Shown here piece after piece: positions 6,712 to 11,716 of a stretch of 11,716 nucleotides of DNA (position 1 is its first letter; the number at the start of each line of letters is the position of its first letter). The notes beneath the pieces are model-generated. The model searched no databases. It saw only the letters and a program-made list of their open reading frames with translations, and was not told the origin of the DNA. The DNA comes from Dehalococcoidia bacterium. GTDB lineage: Bacteria; Chloroflexota; Dehalococcoidia; GIF9; UBA5629. Location of the stretch: assembly GCA_050011565.1 (NCBI GenBank), contig JBEKIW010000008.1, positions 1 to 11,716 on the forward strand, in the 5' to 3' direction. The position numbers and the translations under genes were made by a program.

Positions 6712-9114
6712 CTAATCAACGCCATAACGACTGGATCCTTGCAGTTTCACTATGGTTACCCCACCGCCACCCTCTTCCTTGCCTGCTTGCCCAAAGGACT
6801 TTACCAGAGGATGCCTCCTGATGAAATCGTGAACTATCTGCCGCACGGTGCCGGTGCCAAAGCCGTGTATGATGCGCACCTGGCTCAAGCCTGAAACAAA
6901 AGCATCATTAAGATAGATGTCGAGTTTCGGCTCTACTTCATCAGCTCGCTTACCCCGAAGGTCAAGCTCGAGTGAGCTTCGCTTCTTTTCACTGCTTGTT
7001 TTCACCACCGACGATGGAAATGCTGCTGCAGTCGGCAAAGGTGAAACCTTCTCCACGCCTTCCGACTTCATCTTTAGCTTGATGTCCCCTGCTTGAATCT
7101 CAAGCACACGCCTGTTTTCCAGAACTGAAAGGACTACCCCCTCCAGCCCAGTCTCGATGAGTCTTACCCGGTCACCCACCGCAATGGCGGAGGTCTCCTC
7201 CATAATAGGACGACTTCGCTGAGTTTGCCAGGCGTGGCTTTCCAGGTCTTGGTGTACTCCAGCCAGCACCTTTTTTGCCCGCTCGATATTTGTTTTTGTT
7301 TTCGCTTTCTGAATTGCCTTAATAGCCTCACGTATGTTTTTCTCCAGCGAGGCGGCTTCCTTCAGGAGGTTGTCCTTGATTTGGCGTAGCGTATTCCGCT
7401 CCTCCACCTTAAGCCTCTGAAGCTCGCTCTTAAGCTCCTCTCTCAATCCATCGATTTTGCTTCTGTCACTTTCCAGACTGTTGCGTAGCTCTTCAACTCT
7501 TCTCTTTTCATCCCCCAGGCCTGAAAGCAGGCTCTCCATCTCCAAGTGCCCTTCAGGCATGAATTTTTTGGCGGTAGCGATAATCTCCGGCTCCATGCCT
7601 AGTTGGGAAGCTATAGACAGGGCATTGCTGCCGCCGGGCACGCCCATAGTGAGGTGATAAGTGGGTTTCAAGGTAAGCGGGTCAAAATCGAGCGAAGCGT
7701 TTTTCAATCCTGCGGTCTGGTGAGCGAAAACCTTGAGTCCGGAATAATGAGTGGTAGCCACGACCAGGTTCTTATTCGACAGGAAATTCAGCAGTATTGA
7801 CTGGGCTAGGGCAACTCCTTCAACCGGGTCGGTGCTTGTCCCTAACTCGTCCAGCAGCACCAAGCTGTTTCTGGTGGAATCCCGAAGTATTCGGACGATA
7901 TTGCCCATATGCCAGCTAAAGGTAGACAGCATCTGTTCGATGCTCTGCTCATCGCCGATATCGGCAAAGATGCCGTCGAAGACAGGGATGCAACTTTCAG
8001 GCGCTGCCGGTATAGGTATACCAGCTTGTGCCATCAAGGTTAGCAGCCCGACGGTCTTCAGAGCTACAGTCTTGCCCCCGGCATTGGGGCCACTGATGAC
8101 GAGGATAGAGAAGTCGTTACCTATCTCAATAGACAGAGGCACTGCTTTTTCCTCAAGTAGAGGGTGACGAGCACCAATCAGATAGAGCCTGTTCGTTTTA
8201 GTTATTGCATCCGGGCTATCCTCGCCGGTAGCGGCAATAATGGGTTCGGTGGCATTGACCTTTTCCGCATATCTCGCCTTGGCCAGAGCCAGGTCTATTT
8301 CAGCTGCCAGAGCCACGTTCCTGGAGATTTCAGCACAATGGATGCCCACCTTGCTGCTCAAATCTGTGAGAATCCTCTCTACCTCCTGCTCTTCACCTAG
8401 CGCAACCTCCCGCAACTGGTTGCCCATCTCTACGGTTGCCAACGGCTCGACAAATACTGTGGCACCGGTGTTGGAGATGTCATGTACTATGCCTTTGATC
8501 TCCTTCCTCAGCTCTGCCTTGACCGGAACAACGTAGCGGTCGTGGCGCATCATGATCAGTGACTCTTGGAGGAATCTCTGGCTGTGGCGGGATTTGATTA
8601 TGGAGTCCAGGCGGCCTAAAAGCTCTTCACGTGTCCTTTTAAGCTGTTGCCTCAGGCTCGATAGTTTGTCCGAAGCTGAATCCAATATCTCGCCTGTCGG
8701 TGTCAGGCATCTTCCTATTTCAGCTTCCAGGTGAGACAGGTCTGTAATACCGTTGGCAATGTCCCATAAAGCGGGGAGCTTATCTTTTAGCTTGCCGATA
8801 ACCGCGCGAAGAGAACGGGTTTCTTGCAGACTGTCTTTAACACCTACTAGAGTGGACGTAGCGAGAATCTTGCCCCGGCTTGCCATTTCCGCCTCTACAC
8901 GGAAATCAACGATGCTGCCGATGGAGCCGCCGGAATTTAAAGCCAGAAGTCGCCGAGCTTCAGCTGATTGCGTCAACAAAAGGGAGACAAGCTGTGGCTC
9001 CACTGATGGCATCAAATTGAGGGCAAGCTCCTGACTTGCCGAAAAAGAGGTGAAGCTCGCCAGAATTTCCCTCACTTTGGGAAATTCCAATAACTCAAGG
9101 CTGGTTTGGTCCAC
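6712..9114 (-). CDS. mutS2: Endonuclease MutS2
   Basis: 800 aa; LELLEF N-terminus, GIVHDISNTGATVFVEP, GARHPLL, GPNAGGKT Walker A, ADIGDEQSIEQMLSTFSWHM, LDELGTSTDP, coiled coil, C-terminal Smr domain (LDLRG...IIHGFGTG); AGGAG SD before GTG. Confidence 0.96.
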   Translation of the reverse strand: MDQTSLELLEFPKVREILASFTSFSASQELALNLMPSVEPQLVSLLLTQSAEARRLLALNSGGSIGSIVDFRVEAEMASRGKILATSTLVGVKDSLQETRSLRAVIGKLKDKLPALWDIANGITDLSHLEAEIGRCLTPTGEILDSASDKLSSLRQQLKRTREELLGRLDSIIKSRHSQRFLQESLIMMRHDRYVVPVKAELRKEIKGIVHDISNTGATVFVEPLATVEMGNQLREVALGEEQEVERILTDLSSKVGIHCAEISRNVALAAEIDLALAKARYAEKVNATEPIIAATGEDSPDAITKTNRLYLIGARHPLLEEKAVPLSIEIGNDFSILVISGPNAGGKTVALKTVGLLTLMAQAGIPIPAAPESCIPVFDGIFADIGDEQSIEQMLSTFSWHMGNIVRILRDSTRNSLVLLDELGTSTDPVEGVALAQSILLNFLSNKNLVVATTHYSGLKVFAHQTAGLKNASLDFDPLTLKPTYHLTMGVPGGSNALSIASQLGMEPEIIATAKKFMPEGHLEMESLLSGLGDEKRRVEELRNSLESDRSKIDGLREELKSELQRLKVEERNTLRQIKDNLLKEAASLEKNIREAIKAIQKAKTKTNIERAKKVLAGVHQDLESHAWQTQRSRPIMEETSAIAVGDRVRLIETGLEGVVLSVLENRRVLEIQAGDIKLKMKSEGVEKVSPLPTAAAFPSSVVKTSSEKKRSSLELDLRGKRADEVEPKLDIYLNDAFVSGLSQVRIIHGFGTGTVRQIVHDFIRRHPLVKSFGQAGKEEGGGGVTIVKLQGSSRYGVD

Positions 9115-9329
9115 GTAGGCTACTCCTGGCTATAAGTCTATCACTAAACAACCGAATCTGAAAATGGAGATATGCGACAATGTTGGGCAACCTTTGTCAA
9201 AGTTGTTACACAATGTTAACAAAAGCGTTCCTTTTAAGGTGGCTTTGTTGCGGTAGCTTAGAAGAAACAATACGCTAAAAGGTGCAGCGGCAACAAAATA
9301 CTATAAAGTGACTAACACTATTAACAAGG

Positions 9330-9338
9330 TGCTATAAT
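9330..9338 (+). promoter_or_regulatory. Extended -10 promoter for the ABC exporter operon
   Basis: TG-C-TATAAT ending 25 nt before the GTG start; AAGGAG SD at 9350-9355. Confidence 0.65.
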
Positions 9339-9363
9339 GCGAAGTTGAGAAGGAGTTGCTCCT

Positions 9364-10260
9364 GTGCCTGCAGTTGAAGTCAATCATATAATCAAGTCCT
9401 ACGCAGATAAGGCGGCGGTTAACGACCTAGCCTTTTCTGTGAATCAGGGTGAGATATTCGGCCTGATTGGTCCTAACGGTGCAGGCAAGACTACCACCAT
9501 CAGGATGCTTATGGACATCATCAAGCCAGACTCGGGCGACGTGACAATCCTCGGAGAGAAGTTGAGTGAAGCCAGCAAGAATAAGCTTGGCTACATGCCT
9601 GAGGAAAGAGGCCTGTATAGAAAGCTAAGTGTCATTGACTCTATCATCTATCTTGCCTCGCTGAAGGGTATGCACAGGCACTCAGCCGAGGAAAAAGCTA
9701 ACGAGTTGCTCAACCAAACAGGAATGCTTCCCAACAAGAGGAAGAAGATTGAGGAGTTGAGCAAGGGCATGGGACAGATTATCCAGTTCATCGTTACTAT
9801 CATCCACGACCCAGAACTGGTTATTCTGGATGAACCCTTTGCCGGTCTCGACCCGGTTAACACTGAGTTGTTGAAAAAGATGTTTGTTGGTCTGAGAACT
9901 CAGGGTAAAGCCGTAATTCTGAGCACACACCAGATGAATCAAGTAGAGGAGCTTTGCGACCGAGTATTAATGATAAACGACGGACGGGCCGTCCTTTACG
10001 GGAATCTGACTGAAATCAAATCAAGGTACAGAAGTCATTCGGTTATTCTTGATTTTGAAGGTGAACTGGGGCAGGTACCGGGAGTCGCCGAGAAGCGCAT
10101 GCACAAGGGCTACGTCGAGCTGGTCCTTGATGGAAATACAGCGCCTAAACAAGTCCTGGAACGATTGGTAAGCACAGGCATAGTAATCAATCGCTTTGAG
10201 GTAGCTACTCCTTCATTGAATGAGATATTCCTTGAGGTGGCAGCTAAGGATCATGAATAA
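9364..10260 (+). CDS. ABC-2 type transporter ATP-binding protein (YhaQ/NatA-like)
   Basis: GPNGAGKT, GYMPEERGLY, LSKGM signature, ILDEPFAGLDP, STH switch, C-terminal PSLNEIFL. Confidence 0.93.
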   Translation: MPAVEVNHIIKSYADKAAVNDLAFSVNQGEIFGLIGPNGAGKTTTIRMLMDIIKPDSGDVTILGEKLSEASKNKLGYMPEERGLYRKLSVIDSIIYLASLKGMHRHSAEEKANELLNQTGMLPNKRKKIEELSKGMGQIIQFIVTIIHDPELVILDEPFAGLDPVNTELLKKMFVGLRTQGKAVILSTHQMNQVEELCDRVLMINDGRAVLYGNLTEIKSRYRSHSVILDFEGELGQVPGVAEKRMHKGYVELVLDGNTAPKQVLERLVSTGIVINRFEVATPSLNEIFLEVAAKDHE

Positions 10261-11467
10261 GACGTACTTGATATTCAGGCATGAATTCCTCCACACAATA
10301 AAGCGGACCGGGTTTCTTATTCTTACCCTCGCCCTACCGGTACTGGCTCTACTGGGCATAGGAGTTTTCCATATTGTATCAGGAATTACAAAGCCTCCCA
10401 CAGAAGTGGCCAAAGTCGGATACGTCGATGAAGCCGGAGGATTTGACCAGTTTACAACACAGGGGAAAATAACCCTGGTCCGTTTTGATACCCAGGAAGC
10501 AGCCACGCAAGCATTGACTAAAAAGGATATAAGCGAATTTTTCGTTATTCCTCCAGATTATATCTCCGCGGGGATAATTGATCGTTATACTGTGCAGAAA
10601 GAGGTAACTCCCCCTTCTGCCACCGAAACCGCGATCAAGAATTTTCTAACGAGTAATCTGTTAGCGGGGAAGGTGCCCGTAGCAACTATAGCCAGGATTG
10701 AGGCGCCCTTGAACCTGGTCACCACTACTCTCACCGGTGCCGGAAACGTCGCCACGGAGCAAGGTGGATTGGGAAACCTTATCATCCCTGGTGTTTTCGG
10801 CTTTCTTCTGGCGCTCGCTTTGATTTTCTCCTCCATTTATGTACTTCAAGCACTTGGCGAGGAGAAAGAAAATCGCCTTATGGAGATATTGTTATCCTCT
10901 GTTTCTACACGGCAGTTGATGACCGGCAAAGTTCTAGGAATTGGTTTGGCGGGGTTGGCGCAGGTTGCAGTCTGGGTGGTTTCAATTCCATTGTTGCTGG
11001 GTCTGGCTTCATCATCTATCGGGGGCTTTATCAGCACGATACGAATACCCGCTAATTTTCTGGTGCTAGGTGTAACATATTTTTTCTTGGGCTACTTGCT
11101 GTTCGCGGTGCTGTCGGCTGGTGTCGCAGCCATAAGTGCCACTGTACGAGAAGCCCAGGGATTAGCCGGGATCTTTACCATTTTCGCAATGGCCCCATTC
11201 TGGTTTTTCAGCCTGATCCTGTTGTTTCCGAACAGCCCCATCTGGGTTGTGTTCAGCATCTTCCCCTTCTCAGCCCCAGTGTTGGTAATGTTACGGCTTG
11301 GCATGACAGGCGTCCCTGCATGGCAACTTACCGTCAGTATAGCTGTGTTGGTCTTATCCATCGTTGGGGGGCTGTTGCTGACCGCCAAGCTCTTAAGGAC
11401 TTACTTACTGATGTACGGGAAAAGACCAAACCTCGGCGAAATTTTCCGAAATCTCATGATTGGATAG
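10253..11467 (+). CDS. ABC-2 type transporter permease (YhaP/NatB-like)
   Basis: Start MNKTYLIFRHEF at 10253 overlaps the ATPase stop (ATGAATAA); one N-terminal TM, extracytoplasmic domain, EEKENRLMEILLSSV...GKVLG motif, several C-terminal TMs; 404 aa. Confidence 0.92.
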   Translation: MNKTYLIFRHEFLHTIKRTGFLILTLALPVLALLGIGVFHIVSGITKPPTEVAKVGYVDEAGGFDQFTTQGKITLVRFDTQEAATQALTKKDISEFFVIPPDYISAGIIDRYTVQKEVTPPSATETAIKNFLTSNLLAGKVPVATIARIEAPLNLVTTTLTGAGNVATEQGGLGNLIIPGVFGFLLALALIFSSIYVLQALGEEKENRLMEILLSSVSTRQLMTGKVLGIGLAGLAQVAVWVVSIPLLLGLASSSIGGFISTIRIPANFLVLGVTYFFLGYLLFAVLSAGVAAISATVREAQGLAGIFTIFAMAPFWFFSLILLFPNSPIWVVFSIFPFSAPVLVMLRLGMTGVPAWQLTVSIAVLVLSIVGGLLLTAKLLRTYLLMYGKRPNLGEIFRNLMIG

Positions 11468-11532
11468 GCCATGTAGGACGAAAGCCAGCTCAATGCCCTG
11501 CTTCTATCTATCGTACAGTATTTCCCATCATG

Positions 11533-11572
11533 TCACATTCTGAGTTTTTGTTAACAGAACCGAGAAGTGTGA
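11533..11572. terminator. Imperfect 40-bp palindrome between convergent genes, possible bidirectional terminator
   Basis: TCACATTCTGAGTTTTTGTT|AACAGAACCGAGAAGTGTGA. Confidence 0.35.
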
Positions 11573-11599
11573 AATGAAGTGCCAGCTTCTGCTCCTGTC

Positions 11600-11716
11600 T
11601 TATCGATTCCGTGGGGATAGCCAAACGATTGCAATACCCACCACAAACAAAATAAGTAAGTTGACAGCACTTTGTTCACTCGCTACCGCGAATGTAAAGA
11701 TTGGATCCACGAAAAA
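11600..11716 (-). CDS. 3' end of a membrane protein resembling DUF4118 (KdpD-type TM domain); absent from the ORF track
   Basis: Reads FFVDPIFTFAVASEQSAVNLLILFVVGIAIVWLSPRNR* from the window edge to TAA at 11602-11600; FFxxPxxTF followed by a TM helix resembles the end of DUF4118. Confidence 0.6.
   Translation of the reverse strand, partial: FFVDPIFTFAVASEQSAVNLLILFVVGIAIVWLSPRNR

Noticed and set aside
3115-9114. comM and mutS2 proximity as a functional recombination module
   Set aside because: Convergent, separated by an unrelated gene, both widespread; no sequence evidence of linkage.
10220-10252. ORF-track start of the permease at 10220
   Set aside because: ATG 10253 gives the typical N-terminus and a coupled 8-nt overlap with the ATPase.
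3606-11577. Numerous antisense and nested ORFs within comM, the oxidoreductase, mutS2 and the ABC genes
   Set aside because: Shadow frames of well-supported genes with no independent motifs.
11661-11671. TTGACAGCACT, also present at 446-456 on the minus strand, as promoter or repeat
   Set aside because: Lies inside the DUF4118-like CDS, no good -10 at either copy; an 11-bp match can be chance.

Overview
The window has two parts. The right part (~3.2-11.7 kb) looks like ordinary chromosome: comM/yifB AAA+ ATPase, an FAD-dependent oxidoreductase, mutS2, an ABC-2 exporter pair and the 3' end of a DUF4118-like membrane protein. The left part (1-~3.2 kb) looks like the end of an integrative element inserted in the 5' end of comM. 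It carries a catalytic-domain-only tyrosine recombinase with an inserted C4 zinc ribbon, a 112-bp palindrome/direct-repeat site just downstream of the recombinase, and two exported lipoprotein cargo genes. Both cargo genes are preceded by copies of the same promoter-proximal structured element. The first ~30 codons of comM are AT-rich, divergent and interrupted by an in-frame stop, consistent with a decayed replacement 5' end, so intact comM may exist only after excision. Protein styles suggest Chloroflexota (Dehalococcoidia-like), but this is recall-based inference and was not tested.
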